NCBI RefSeq assembly: GCF_001194135.2
Contig: NC_068981.1
Location: 11,042,453-11,106,452, forward strand
Reading direction: 5' to 3'
From: Octopus bimaculoides
Taxonomy: Eukaryota
Length of the DNA stretch: 64,000 bases
Made by a program: the position numbers and the translations under genes. The notes beneath the pieces were generated by a model. The model made no database searches. It had not been told where the DNA came from and was given only the letters and a program-made list of their open reading frames with translations. Below, piece by piece: positions 27,867-41,548 of the stretch (the first letter of the stretch is position 1; the number at the start of each line of letters is the position of its first letter).

Positions 27867-30039
27867 TATATATATTGTTGCATTTGGGGATGGTCTTGTT
27901 GTCAGTTTAGCCAATAAAAAACACACGCACTATATATTTGGTGTTCACTTGTTTCAGCTTTANNNNNNNNNNNNNNNNNNNNNNNNNNNNNNNNNNNNNN
28001 NNNNNNNNNNNNNNNNNNNNNNNNNNNNNNNNNNNNNNNNNNNNNNNNNNNNNNNNNNNNNNNNNNNNNNNNNNNNNNNNNNNNNNNNNNNNNNNNNNNN
28101 NNNNNNNNNNNNNNNNNNNNNNNNNNNNNNNNNNNNNNNNNNNNNNNNNNNNNNNNNNNNNNNNNNNNNNNNNNNNNNNNNNNNNNNNNNNNNNNNNNNN
28201 NNNNNNNNNNNNNNNNNNNNNNNNNNNNNNNNNNNNNNNNNNNNNNNNNNNNNNNNNNNNNNNNNNNNNNNNNNNNNNNNNNNNNNNNNNNNNNNNNNNN
28301 NNNNNNNNNNNNNNNNNNNNNNNNNNNNNNNNNNNNNNNNNNNNNNNNNNNNNNNNNNNNNNNNNNNNNNNNNNNNNNNNNNNNNNNNNNNNNNNNNNNN
28401 NNNNNNNNNNNNNNNNNNNNNNNNNNNNNNNNNNNNNNNNNNNNNNNNNNNNNNNNNNNNNNNNNNNNNNNNNNNNNNNNNNNNNNNNNNNNNNNNNNNN
28501 NNNNNNNNNNNNNNNNNNNNNNNNNNNNNNNNNNNNNNNNNNNNNNNNNNNNNNNNNNNNNNNNNNNNNNNNNNNNNNNNNNNNNNNNNNNNNNNNNNNN
28601 NNNNNNNNNNNNNNNNNNNNNNNNNNNNNNNNNNNNNNNNNNNNNNNNNNNNNNNNNNNNNNNNNNNNNNNNNNNNNNNNNNATATATATGTAAATATAC
28701 ACATATTTATTCATATACATATGTATATATGGATATATATACATGTGTGTATAAATATGAATAAATATACATGATATACATGTGCGCGCGCGTGCTTCTG
28801 GGTGTGGGGGTTTATGAAATGGAAAATATTAATCTGCACACCATTATACTATAATGACTCGAAAATATATTCCCTGTACACCACAGAAAAAATACCACCT
28901 AATTATACAAGCACACGCACACACAGCCGGACATCCGCACGCACTCACACATATATGCGTGCTTATACACAGAGGAGAATCATGGATTGCAGAATGAATA
29001 ATTTTGCATTACGGGAGCAATAAACATGTTATGAGTATGATGCATACGTGTGATGGTGTAATTTAATAATAGCCTGCAAACAACTTCTCATGTTTTGTTT
29101 ATTTATACGTAGATACATACCTATATATATATATATATATGTGAAGCAAATATTTGCTGATCCCTAAATTATGTTTATAAATATATATGAACTTTTAAAT
29201 AAGTTCTCCACCGATAATGGTGCTTACATACCGAAGGGCTTGGTAAAAATTATTAATTGTTGATTTATTAATAAATTAATAAATTGATAATCCTTTACCC
29301 TTTTAATTTGTATANNNNNNNNNNNNNNNNNNNNNNNNNNNNNNNNNNNNNNNNNNNNNNNNNNNNNNNNNNNNNNNNNNNNNNNNNNNNNNNNNNNNNN
29401 NNNNNNNNNNNNNNNNNNNNNNNNNNNNNNNNNNNNNNNNNNNNNNNNNNNNNNNNNNNNNNNNNNNNNNNNNNNNNNNNNNNNNNNNNNNNNNNNNNNN
29501 NNNNNNNNNNNNNNNNNNNNNNNNNNNNNNNNNNNNNNNNNNNNNNNNNNNNNNNNNNNNNNNNNNNNNNNNNNNNNNNNNNNNNNNNNNNNNNNNNNNN
29601 NNNNNNNNNNNNNNNNNNNNNNNNNNNNNNNNNNNNNNNNNNNNNNNNNNNNNNNNNNNNNNNNNNNNNNNNNNNNNNNNNNNNNNNNNNNNNNNNNNNN
29701 NNNNNNNNNNNNNNNNNNNNNNNNNNNNNNNNNNNNNNNNNNNNNNNNNNNNNNNNNNNNNNNNNNNNNNNNNNNNNNNNNNNNNNNNNNNNNNNNNNNN
29801 NNNNNNNNNNNNNNNNNNNNNNNNNNNNNNNNNNNNNNNNNNNNNNNNNNNNNNNNNNNNNNNNNNNNNNNNNNNNNNNNNNNNNNNNNNNNNNNNNNNN
29901 NNNNNNNNNNNNNNNNNNNNNNNNNNNNNNNNNNNNNNNNNNNNNNNNNNNNNNNNNNNNNNNNNNNNNNNNNNNNNNNTATATGTATATAATAGAAATA
30001 TGGTACAAAAACAAAATAGAAACTACACGTGGAAATGTC

Positions 30040-31175
30040 AGGGGAAAGTAAGAAGAAAAATAAGCGAAACTGTGCTTTATGACGCTGGAAAGGACGTTTA
30101 TATTGATTTTAAAGAGGAGCAGGTCCAAGACAGTCCCCTGAGGGACACCACTGGTACTTTTGCGGGGCTTTGGTGGATTTCACTAAACACAACATGTTAT
30201 GTTCTGTTCTCCAGGAAATACTCAATCCAGTATAGAAGTTTCCCACGGATTCCAACATTTGACAATTTTGACAGTAGGATATTATGGTCAACTCTGTCGA
30301 ACGCTTTACTGAAGTCAAGCTATATGACATCTGAGTTCGAACCTGTTCTCAAGGCTTTAAGAATATCATCGATGTGGTATAAGAGCTGTGTTAGACACAG
30401 TGAAAGCCAAGCTGGTTTGAATTTAGGAATCTGAGGCTCTCCAGGAAGCAAGCCATCCTTGATCTCATCACTCTTTCAAACACTCTAATGATAAAGGAGT
30501 TGAGTGACGTTTGATGATAGTTAAATGCGAGGGATCTGTTTCCCTGTTTGAAAACCAGGATGACAGACTGAGATAAGTGCAGTTTAGGTATATGGCCTAA
30601 GTCTAAAGAATTTCTTCAGAGGTTGGTCGAAGTGTCTGCAAGTTGGTGTCTACATTACTTCAGGAGACTAGAGGGGAATCTATCAGGGCTCACAGCAGAA
30701 TGTTATGATGTCTGGAGCAGTAAAGGTTATGTCTAAGATAATAGTTTGGGAATCGACTTCGTTCACGCCCCTTACGTCTATCTCAATGGGATCACTAAAG
30801 ACAGAGCAGTGTTGTTTCTGCAGTACCTCTACCATTTCGTTAGCATCGTGTTGGAGAATGCCGTTATCATCGATCAATGGACCAATGGGTGAGACAGCAG
30901 TCCTATTCTTATTTGCATATGAATAGAACGCTTGGGTTCTGTTTAACTTCTTTTGATTACCCAATGTTCCTCTGCAGCTCTTTGGTTTTCAATGAAGGTG
31001 TTCATGTTGGTCTGCAGATGAAGTTTTTAAAACTCCAGCTTTTTCCTTGATTTTGAATATTAATGTTGTATGTGGAAGTATTTTAATTGGTTGATCTTTT
31101 TTTATTAAGTCTTTTGATGCGCCTGATGAATGTTTTTTTCTCTGTAGGGAGCTTGTTTCTCATTGTGCTAGTGGA
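30040..31175 (-). mobile_element. CR1/L2-clade LINE fragment (RT region)
   Basis: Minus strand FYSYANK..SPIGPL.. and DVI*LDFSKAFDRVDHNILLSKL..GIRGKLLYWI..FL.NR. Confidence 0.9.
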
Positions 31176-32419
31176 TTNNNNNNNNNNNNNNNNNNNNNNN
31201 NNNNNNNNNNNNNNNNNNNNNNNNNNNNNNNNNNNNNNNNNNNNNNNNNNNNNNNNNNNNNNNNNNNNNNNNNNNNNNNNNNNNNNNNNNNNNNNNNNNN
31301 NNNNNNNNNNNNNNNNNNNNNNNNNNNNNNNNNNNNNNNNNNNNNNNNNNNNNNNNNNNNNNNNNNNNNNNNNNNNNNNNNNNNNNNNNNNNNNNNNNNN
31401 NNNNNNNNNNNNNNNNNNNNCGATTAAATAAGTACCAGTTACGCACTGGGGTCGATATAATTGACTTAATCTGTTTGTCTGTCTTTGTTTGTCCCCTCTG
31501 TGTGTAGCCCCTTGTGGGTAGTAAAGAAATAACACATATATATATATATTTACACTCACCCAATATTCAAGGAAGACAGTTAAGTAATGAGAAATAAAAT
31601 CCTAGATGGTAAGAAGCTGGAGGCGGGCGGGGGGGGGGAACTTTAGTTTTATTCCATCGAGATATTCTTACTGTTCACAGCCAAAGCGAATAAGAGATGT
31701 CACGACAGTGATTATTAGTAAATGATTATTTTTGTGTTGTTGTTGCTAAGATTGGTTGAAATTCTATCGATCAAAGACTTACTTTGTATGTCTCCGAAGA
31801 CGTTATGAATGTGGAAACTAAGTTAAATAAATATGTGGTCGTAATTGGTTAAACATTGATAGCGTTATCTCACACGCACAGATAAATATTTGGCTATGTT
31901 TGTGTATGTGATTCTGTGCGTACGGCTGGGAAAGAAGCTAAGAGGAAAACGGGGTGTTTCAATTAAGGTTTCTAATTAATTCTGTGAGTTTATGCATGGA
32001 AACCATATATATCTTGTATGAGGGATATTTATTGTCTTCTTAATTACTACTTTATCGAGTGATTCATACACAGATAGCATTGTGGAGTTAATATTAATAG
32101 CAGTGGGAGGTGTTGGAAAGGATTTTCAGAAAACTGACAGAGTCTACTAATTCAATCATGCATTATAGTGAAGTGGATTATTTATTTATTATTTCTAAAT
32201 AATCGCCATAACCTGATCGATATCAATGATAAACAGGCTGATTAAAATAGCATTAAATATTTATTAGCATTCATCACCTCTAATGCTAAAGTAATAAAAA
32301 CCTCTATATTGATGTGTGTGTTTTACCCCTCGGTCGGGGAACAATTAAGACATTTGAGGTCGGCTAAAATTTATAGGAATTATGGTTTCATTGCTGTCAT
32401 GTTTTATCTTTATCTTTCA

Positions 32420-32885
32420 TCTTTTCATACTTTCAGTCATTGGATAGCGGCCATGCTGGAGCACAATCTCGAAAGGTTTCCTCGAACAAATCAACCCCAG
32501 TATTTATTTTTAAATTCCGATAATTGTTCTGTCGCTCCGTTTTGCCAAATCACTAAGTTACGGGGGCCATAGACACCGGTTGTTAACCGGTTGTGGAGGA
32601 CAAACAGAAACACAGACACACTACACAGACACACTACACAGACACAGACACACAGACACACACACATAGGCACACTCACACACACATACACACACACACA
32701 CATACACACGCGTGCGCATGTATATATGATGGGGCCTCCATGCAGTCTCATTCTACTTAATTCACTGGCACGATATTGGCCGGCCCGGGGGCTATAGTAG
32801 AAGACAGTTTTCCAAGGTGTCATACAGTGGAACTGAACCTGAAATCATGTGGTTGCAAATCGAGCTTCTTAGCCATACAACCATA
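32420..32885 (-). mobile_element. SINE of the same family
   Basis: Reverse-complement match to the head, core and 3' part. Confidence 0.75.
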
Positions 32886-33287
32886 CCTGACATACTGTTT
32901 CTTTTATAGTTAGACCCCACGCCCATGGTGGACGTATTCCCCTCGAAACTTTTGTGATTGAGGCCATTAATAATCTGCTTAAACAGGTGAAAGTTTGCCA
33001 CAACAGGAAAAGATATATGGAGGCATAAACGATCAGGATGCTGATATTACAGGGTTAAGTGATGAGGAAATTTTGTAAGATCGTTACCTTGGAGGTTGAA
33101 TACGATATAAATGATAGGATGAAATGAGTGAGTCGGGGCTGTTTGAGAGGAAGTGGTACAGAAACACTTTGCTGTTAAGATAAAGGTCAATGTAGCAACA
33201 ATATAAAAGGCAAAAAGAGGGAACAGCTCGTTTATGGGTCATAGATTAGAGGGTGTATGGGAATGTCAACAAGTTCAATGGCTTTTC

Positions 33288-33611
33288 CAGTGGCGGACTG
33301 GGTCTAAAAATACCTGCGACTACAAGGGACCCCACCCGCAACTACATGGGCACCCACCCGCAACTACAAGGGGGTCCACCTGCAGCTACAATGCTGTCAA
33401 TTAATTTTTTTTGTTAAAGTATTCTTTTTAACTGTCTACAAACACAGCCAGGCTGAAATGATTAATGCTTTCTTCCAGGAGTGAATAAAAAATTCTCAAA
33501 CTCGAGGAGATGGGCCTATTAGATACTAACATGAGCCCCCATATATGGATTCCGATGTGCAGGGACCCACTCACCATCGGGCAACCTGACAACCTGGCCA
33601 GTCCGCCACTG
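33288..33611. mobile_element. hAT-type MITE, 324 bp
   Basis: 14-bp TIR CAGTGGCGGACTGG/CCAGTCCGCCACTG; perfect 8-bp TSD GGCTTTTC (33280-33287, 33612-33619); internal 22-bp repeat x3. Confidence 0.92.
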
Positions 33612-34904
33612 GGCTTTTCTGTGAATGTGCTCCAGGATATCTGCAAGTGTAGAATTAGTGTGGAACGACAGTGGTAGGGACACATCTACGCTTTCCTCAT
33701 ATTTGACTGGTACGTGGTTCGGTGATACTTTCTTGATGAGAGTAGTTGATCGTATTAAAAAAAAAATTTTTCGGCATTTGAAAGAGAGAAACTTGGCTCA
33801 TGACCCCCGCTGGGAGATGCTTCGCTGTTCTTGTTAAATGCCTCGAAACCTCTAGCTTCTATACCCAGAGTATAAATTCGCATTTATACCAATAATAATT
33901 AGTGCTTTTGGTTTATGAGTAAATACCTAAATGATAGTCTGCATAAACTGGAGTTTCATGAAAAAGAAACCAACCAACTAACACGTACATTACAAATACC
34001 ATCTGAAAGAAGAACAATAAAAACTTTTCTCAAGTTTCTGAAGTGTAAAATATGAATTTTTGTTATCTGCGCTCCAGCTATTGAGCAGTGCATTCTTGTT
34101 AAAACCTGCTCCTTCCTTAAAGGAAGACTTCAAATGATTAAAATCAGAATGGAACACACCAACATATGTATCTATATGCACACATATACACATAGAGACA
34201 CACAGACACACTAACACACATATATAGCTGCATACAAACATATCATGATTGTATTTTATATTGAAGATATTTCGTGAAGTGATTCCTTGCAATCAAGTGA
34301 TTAATAGCTTTAAAGTTATGTTGACACATTACATAATGCATTCATATGTTTGCACATTACGTTAGCATTCTTGAATCTATAGTGACAAAGATTTACATAA
34401 ACGTTTGTAGTTTTCATTTCTTTAAATTCAGTTAGTATTTACGATATTGTGTATCCTTTTCTGTCTGTCTTTCTTACTATCTCTCTTTTGTTTTTCATAT
34501 AGAAAATCATGGTTTCCTTACACAGTTACATTCAGCTCTTATTCTTAAAATCTTAAACACATTATGTATAAGAGAGGCAGCTGATGCTGCAGTGAATTCA
34601 GACTGTCTACAATGTTAGTTATCAATCACTCTGAAATGTAAATGACCAACATGAGGCAAATTTTTAACAGCGATTCTCAGAGAATAGCAGTGAAGTATGT
34701 TTCTTATTAGAGACTTCTGTAGATAGTACCCTTCTCCGAAACTGAACATAATATCTCTAATAAGTTACCTTATCAGCTGGTTCATAATCCAGAATCATTT
34801 GATTCTTTAGTTCAAGACTAATTCCACTTCTTTTGGAATCTATTTTGTTTGTTTTTTTTTCTAGTTAATTCTAGTTAATTTTTGTTTATTTTCAGATCAG
34901 TAAA

Positions 34905-35988
34905 ATGGAATGTCAAGTTAAGAAAAACGATCATTTTCGACACCTCATTTTTGCTTTTAATCAAGGTTCTAAGCCCGCAAAAGCTGCTCGCGACATTTGT
35001 GCTGTGTATGGAGAGGGTGCCATAGCTGAAAGAACCGCTCGTGATTGGTATGCCAAGTTCAAAAATGGAAATTTTGACCTCAAAGACGCACCTCGTTCTG
35101 GCCGTCCAGTTGAGTTCGATGAAGAGCGATTAAACCAACTTTTGCACGAAAAATCTCGTCAAACGACAAGGGAGCTGGCAGAGAAAATGGAATGCGTCCA
35201 CACTGCTATAAAGAAGCATTTTCACTCGATGGGAAAGGTTCAGAAATACGGAGCATGGGTACCGCATGCTTTAAGTGACAACAACAAAGTCAACGAGCCA
35301 TAATATCCGCTGGTTTGCTTGCTCGTCATCGCTCAACACATGGACACAAGCAACCATTTCTTTACCGAATCGTTATTGGCGACGAAAAATGGTGCCTGTA
35401 CATCAATATGAAGCAACGTAAGGAATGGCTTAGCCCCGGTAAACAAGCGACACCGCGCGTGAAACAAGATCTTCATCCACGTAAAACGATGTTGTGCGTA
35501 TGGTGGGCCTGGGAAGGGATTATCCATTACGAATTGATTGAACGGAACCAAACGATCAACGCGGAACTCTACGTTCAACAGATGGAACGACTCAACACAG
35601 CTAATCAAGAGAAAAGACCTAATCGTCAGCATGGAGTTCTGCTGCACGACAACGCCCGCCCTCATATCGCCAATATGACCAAGGAAGCCATTTAAACACA
35701 TGGCAGGGAAGTGCTGCCACACCCACCGTGCTCTCCTGATTTGGCACCAACTGATTTCCACCTCTTTCAATCTCTTTCAAATACTATGCCCGGAGTTTCG
35801 TTCAATACTGATGCAGAATTGAGAGCTTGGATGGATCGATTTTTCGTATCGAAATCGGGTGATTGCAAATCTTGTTGAACGTTGGGAAGAAGTTGTAAAC
35901 AACAAGAGTGAATAGTTATTATTTTTTATTAAACCTTTTAAGAAATTCAAATTTAAAAACCAGCGGGAATGTAGTTGCCAACCCAATA
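34905..35988 (+). mobile_element. Mariner (DD34D) transposon, inactivated
   Basis: HTH region, WVPHAL, GDEKW, HDNARPH and SPDLAPTDFHLF motifs. Frameshift and stop near 35303, stop at 35695, 3' deletion. Right TIR ..GTAGTTGCCAACCCAA-TA is present; left TIR not seen. Confidence 0.95.
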
Positions 35989-36459
35989 CATACAAGGACT
36001 GTAATGATTGCAGCAATCCCAAACAAACCATTCACTAAATGCAATGACACTGTCTAATAAATGACCAATAATCAATAGACAGATAAACTTACTTTGTCTT
36101 TGTAAACATCCACGGTCGCTAGTTAAACATTGATCCAATCCATCATCTGCTATACTCTGAGGTAAACACCACTTCTGCTCAGATTACACTCTATATTCCA
36201 ATTTTATTCAGAATGTTTGTCTTAATTTACATAGAAAACATTCGCCCCACTACTCGTCCTTTCCTACTGAGAATGACATATCTTTCCTTGCCATTCTACC
36301 CCGCTAACTACTGTCTTTTTCACTCGAAATATTTAGTAGATGATGAGGTAGTAGAAATCCATCAATCACTGTCTTTATCTACAATGAAAACCCTACAAAT
36401 GACCTTATTGCAAAGATGTTTCTATTCAGCGTTTTACCTGCAATATACAAGTGTGTATA

Positions 36460-36825
36460 GGAGGCGCAATGGCCCAGTGATTAGGGCAGCGGACTCGCGG
36501 TCATAGGATCGCGGTTTCGATTCCCAGACCGGGTGAAAACACCTAAAGCTCCACGAGGCTCTGGCAGGGGATGGTGGCGAACCCTGCTGTACTCTTTCAC
36601 CACCACTTTCTCTCACTCTTACACCCTGTTTCTGTTGTGCCTGTAATTCAAAGGGTCAGCCTTGTCACACTGTGTCACGCTGAATATCCCCAAGAACTAC
36701 GTTAAGGGTACACGTGTCTGTGGAGTGCTCAGCCACTTGCACGATAATTTCACGAGCAGGCTGTTGGTAGGATCAACTGGAACCCTCGACGTCGTAAGCG
36801 ACGGAGTGCCAACAACAACAACAAG
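36460..36825 (+). mobile_element. Full-length tRNA-derived SINE, second family
   Basis: A and B boxes (TGGCCCAGTG, GGTTTCGATTCC), body GTGTCTGTGGAGTGCTCAGCCACTTGCAC, (CAA)n tail; related copies at 2185-2350 and 2405-2710. Confidence 0.85.
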
Positions 36826-36974
36826 TGTGTATAATCGTTATCTTTAAATAACAGATTCTTCATGTTAGATATGATCAAATTCTATGATCAGATAGCGAAA
36901 AATCGCCCTCTCAAGTAACATGACAAATTAGTTTCTTTCACTTCTATATTTAAGAGGTGAGGAATTATGTACAT

Positions 36975-37842
36975 TATTTACATTGTTTGAATTTGAGTGA
37001 TAATTGTCCTCATCTTGTTTGTTGTTAACACAACGTTTCGGCTGATGTAAACGTTCGGTTGATATCATCAGGTGTCTTGAGTCCTCATTCCTAAGGTATT
37101 TTTCGATGTTGTTGTTGTTATTATTATTATTAATATATCACCATTATGATTATTGCTCAGGTCACTGCCTGGAATCGAACTCGGAATCTTGGGGTTAGTA
37201 GCCCGCGCTCTTAACCACTACGCCATATGACCGTGGGCAATTATGGAGTGAATTTTATGGTTTATAAATCTAATATTTTCCTATCCTTCCTTTATACCGG
37301 TTCCCACATACTATTCATATCTGCATATGTGCTGCTTCTAGCATATGTGCTGCTTCTTTTAGTTTTCGTATTTTCTAGTAGTGTTCCCTGTCTATTATCT
37401 TAACTTCATCCCACAGAGGGAGGTGGTCTCCATTCTTCCGTACATGATCAGCTCTACCCGATTTATCAATATCTCTTCGTGTCACAGCTTTGCGATGTTC
37501 CTCTACCCTTATTTTGAGGGGGCGACATGTCTCGCCTTTATAAAACCTACCTTTTCGAACGTACTTTATTTCATACTAGATTACCAAATGTTATTCGCAT
37601 TACTACAGACAGAGAACACCACTGGAAAATACGAAAACTAAAAGAAGCAGCACATATGCTAGGAAACAACAGACTCCTAAGCAGACCGATACGAATAGCA
37701 TATAGGAACCGGTATTAAGGAAGGATAGGAAAGTATTAGATTTATAAGCACTCCATAATTGCCCACGGGTATATGGCGTAGTGGTTAAGAGCGCGGGATA
37801 CTAACCCCAAGATTCCGAGTTCGATTCCAGGCAGTGACCTGA
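36975..37842. mobile_element. Inverted pair of the same element with a Penelope GIY-YIG 3' remnant
   Basis: Arms 37157-37392 and 37608-37842; the plus strand encodes ..TDREHHWKIRKLKEAAHMLGNNRLLSRP, resembling the C-terminus of PLE GIY-YIG domains. Confidence 0.65.
37027..37076 (-). ncRNA. Hammerhead with scrambled helix II in tRNA-headed element
   Basis: Minus strand GACAC-CUGAUGA-...-CAGCC-GAAA-CGUU-GUGUU. Helix I is perfect; the 5' strand of helix II is replaced by a partial duplication. Confidence 0.45.
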
Positions 37843-38010
37843 ATAGATCGTATGCTGCAAAATGAGGGTGATTTGCCAAGTATTTCTAACAGTCAAACGA
37901 CTACATATACACTGCTTCATTATTATTAAGTAAGTTAGTTGGATAGATCCCATTGATCAGCAAGCAAAGATATGAATCTTGTGTTGTGTTGTGTTCCCAC
38001 TTTTGAAGAC

Positions 38011-38076
38011 GTGGCGCTGCGGCGGTCGTGGCACTGCGGCGGTCGTGGCACTGCGGCGGTCGTGGCACTGCGGCGG
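38011..38076 (+). repeat. 17-bp GC-rich minisatellite, about 3.9 copies
   Basis: GTGGCACTGCGGCGGTC in tandem. Confidence 0.95.
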
Positions 38077-40234
38077 CTAGGTTAATTATATACAGACGAG
38101 GAATTAGGCTCAATCAAAATATAACTGCTTTGAACATTACAAAGTTATTAATATGATTCGAACATTCGATCCTTCGTATGGTAAAGTGAATTTTCTTAAT
38201 TCGTCGTAACATAGCACTGCAAGTTCACATTAAATGTTTTCAATTTAAACTTCAAAAAATTTACAATTGCAATATTTCTATTTTATATTTATTGTTGATA
38301 ATATCTGTAACTTATTTTTGGATTGATAATCTTTACATTAAGCAAATGACCTCCCGAAAGGAGATTCCATGAGTGAAATTCAGGTTTTATTGTTGTGTCT
38401 ATGAATGAAGATGTTTATTTTTAAAAATAACAATATCATGCTAGAATCACTTGAGAGTTAACACGATATGAGTCATGCGAAGAATATTTCGGTACGTCCA
38501 GAAAATCAGATTATATTAGTCTCTTAGGATTATCATATCTAGTATTATTCTTGACAGCATGTAATAAATTTAATCCATAATTCTCAACCGAGGTTCCTTA
38601 GGTACTCTTCCTGCAATGAAATACAAATCGTAATTCATGATTTTAACTCGAATTAAAACTTTATATTTTGCAGTTGGTTTCTTTCACGATGCACGAACCA
38701 TTTCTCATGAGTAAAAATGGAGAAAATTTCTGGAAGTGCTGCATTCAGTTTATAATTGACAATGTATTCTTTAGATTAATAATTGGCAGTATACATACAT
38801 ACATAATACATACATACATAATACATACATACATACACACATACATATATATAAGCATGTCTAGATATGCAAGAATATACATAAGACATACACAAAAAAA
38901 CATAAATCTGCACCTATACATACATACATACATACATACATGCATTCATACATACATATATACATACATACATACATACATAAATACATACATACATGCA
39001 TAAATACATACATACATACATACATACAGACAGACAGACAGACAGACAGAGATTCGTATAAACATAAACCCTTGTTGTTGATGTTGAAATTCCGATGAAG
39101 GAGGCTTGGATCTAGGTTAGAAACCAGCTCCTTCTCTATTAACAAGAAATCTTGAAATAAAACTGCATAATGATATACATGCATACATTCAGGCATGCAT
39201 ACCTGCATACATTGATCCATCCATCCATCGGTATGTATGTATGTATGTATGTATGTATATATGTACGTAATGTATGTACGAAATGAACTCACACAAATTA
39301 ATCTATTCATTTCTTGGTAGATAAACTTTATTATACGACGATCTCTTCACATTCGACAGCAAAAGGGGCCGCCTGTCTGCTTCACATTCATTGAATTCAA
39401 AAGTATAAAACTACTGCTTTACACATTATTGCTTCGTTGTCATTTATATTTCACTTAGATTATGATTTGTATTGTAACATTCCAATAAACACAAATGCTT
39501 CAGATGTTTACCCTGAATCCTTTGTGTTGAACGTGTAGATAACCAGATACAATGATGGAAGATATAATAATTGCCACTATCTGTCACAACAGTCAGTGGG
39601 ATTAGTGTTAGCTATCGAATTTTGATCTTCGAGGCAAGGTTAATGGTATTAACTTTCATAGAAGTCGTAATAATCAAAATGTATCTTCTTTTGGAAATTT
39701 CCACAATTCTGTGTCTCTTATCTACGAAATCCCACTTTTGTTTCGTGGTTGAATGCGTTTAGCAATGCTGAACGGTAAACTATTTGAAATAACTGAAATT
39801 AGATTGAATCAATGTAATAAAGATTTATATTATAGAATTCTAATTGATGACGTCAGTATAATGAATAATAAATATTAGACAAAATAAGCAGGAAACATAA
39901 AGATATGCTGTGTGTACGTTTCTCACCCGTTCCTGTATCACCAAAATTATATACGGATAAAAGTGAAGGAACTATATCTCTACACTGATTGTGTTTTAGT
40001 CAGTACTATGCACCAAAACTTGTTATACTCAGCATACGAGGAAAAGACGTATGGCAAAAACAAAAAAATGTCTTCAGAAATAGCAACCAAATCTTCTTTG
40101 TGTTAACACAAATGCAACTGTTTGAATAATGGAATAAAATATTGGATGATAATCTACAAGATTAATTACTTGTAGGGAGTGTGTAGATTTATAGAAAACC
40201 TGTAGAAATAATCATATGTGAGGGAGTGCGTGGC

Positions 40235-40264
<30 letters not shown>

Positions 40265-40270
<6 letters not shown>

Positions 40271-40903
40271 ATTATTATTTCTAAAACTCTCAAAGAGAGA
40301 TATTCAGTAACAGTTTTTTTAAAGTAAAGGCTATTTGCCAACATAGTGGAGCTCTCCTGGAAAGGACAATTGTTACTGTTGCTTAGCATCCAGTAAACAT
40401 CGTATCTAGCTGGCTGTACGAAATCTGTGTCCTCATATTTTCGAATAGGGAGTCTAGCACCCCCACCCAGCACAAAGCAACATCTGTGGATCGGTTTCTG
40501 GAGCAACAGTGACAATCGTCCCTTCCAGGAAAGCCACATTATGTTTGCAAATAGCTTTTAATTTAAAGAACTGTTACTGAACATACCTCTTTGAGAGATT
40601 TAGAAATAATAAAGTTTCTATATATTAAATCAAGTACTGTAAGTCACTTTGAAAACGATATATTTTCGAACAGGAGTTCACCTAGCCAAGCAGCTGCTCT
40701 GTGTTACTAAAGGGCAAAAATCCAGAAACCGATCCACAGATGTCGCTTTGAGCTGGATGGGGGTACTGCCCCCCCTCCCTATTCGAAAATATAAGGACAC
40801 AGATATTGTGTCGTATAGCCACCTGGAATGATGTTTCCTGGGGTTAAACAAGAGTAACAATCGTGCCTTCAAGGACAGCCACATTATGTTGGCAAATAGC
40901 CTT

Positions 40904-40905
<2 letters not shown>
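40265..40905. mobile_element. Degenerate member of the same family, 345-bp period plus inverted partial copy
   Basis: CCACATTATGTT(T/G)GCAAATAGC at 40534 and 40879; inverted copy at about 40265-40505; helix I TCTGTG/CACAGA with a destroyed core at 40698-40740; shares sequence blocks with the 41.6 and 46.9 kb units. Confidence 0.55.
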
Positions 40906-40950
<45 letters not shown>

Positions 40951-40969
40951 NNNNNNNNNNNNNNNNNNN

Positions 40970-41030
<61 letters not shown>

Positions 41031-41182
41031 GGCGCAGGCGTGGCTGTGTGGTAAGTAGCTTCCTTCCCTACTACATGGTTCCGGGTTCTGTTCCTCTGTG
41101 TGGCATCTTGGACATGTGTCTTGTACTATAGCCTCGGGGTGACCAAAATACACATAAATACACGTATGTATGTATATGTGTT

Positions 41183-41228
<46 letters not shown>

Positions 41229-41548
41229 TGAATGTTTGTGCGTGTTTCTGTGTGTCTGCGCATATGTATATATAATGTATACATATATACATACACACGC
41301 ACGTTATATATGTGTATATACAGCATTTTTGTACGGACAATATATCGAAAATGGAGAATTTTTTAATTAACTCACACAGGTCGTTGAAATTGCATATCTT
41401 GCTACAGTAACTCTTGTTCTACACTATTTATTCATTCTGTTATTCTTCGTCGCTGTCATAAAACGTGTTTCAAACAAATATTGCGAGACGTCATTAAATT
41501 CTTTAAGGAGGAAGGGAGCGCATATTTTTGGGTGATATATATATATAT

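Noticed and set aside
34905-35870. Active or intact transposase
   Set aside because: It carries a frameshift, in-frame stops, a 3' deletion and no left TIR.
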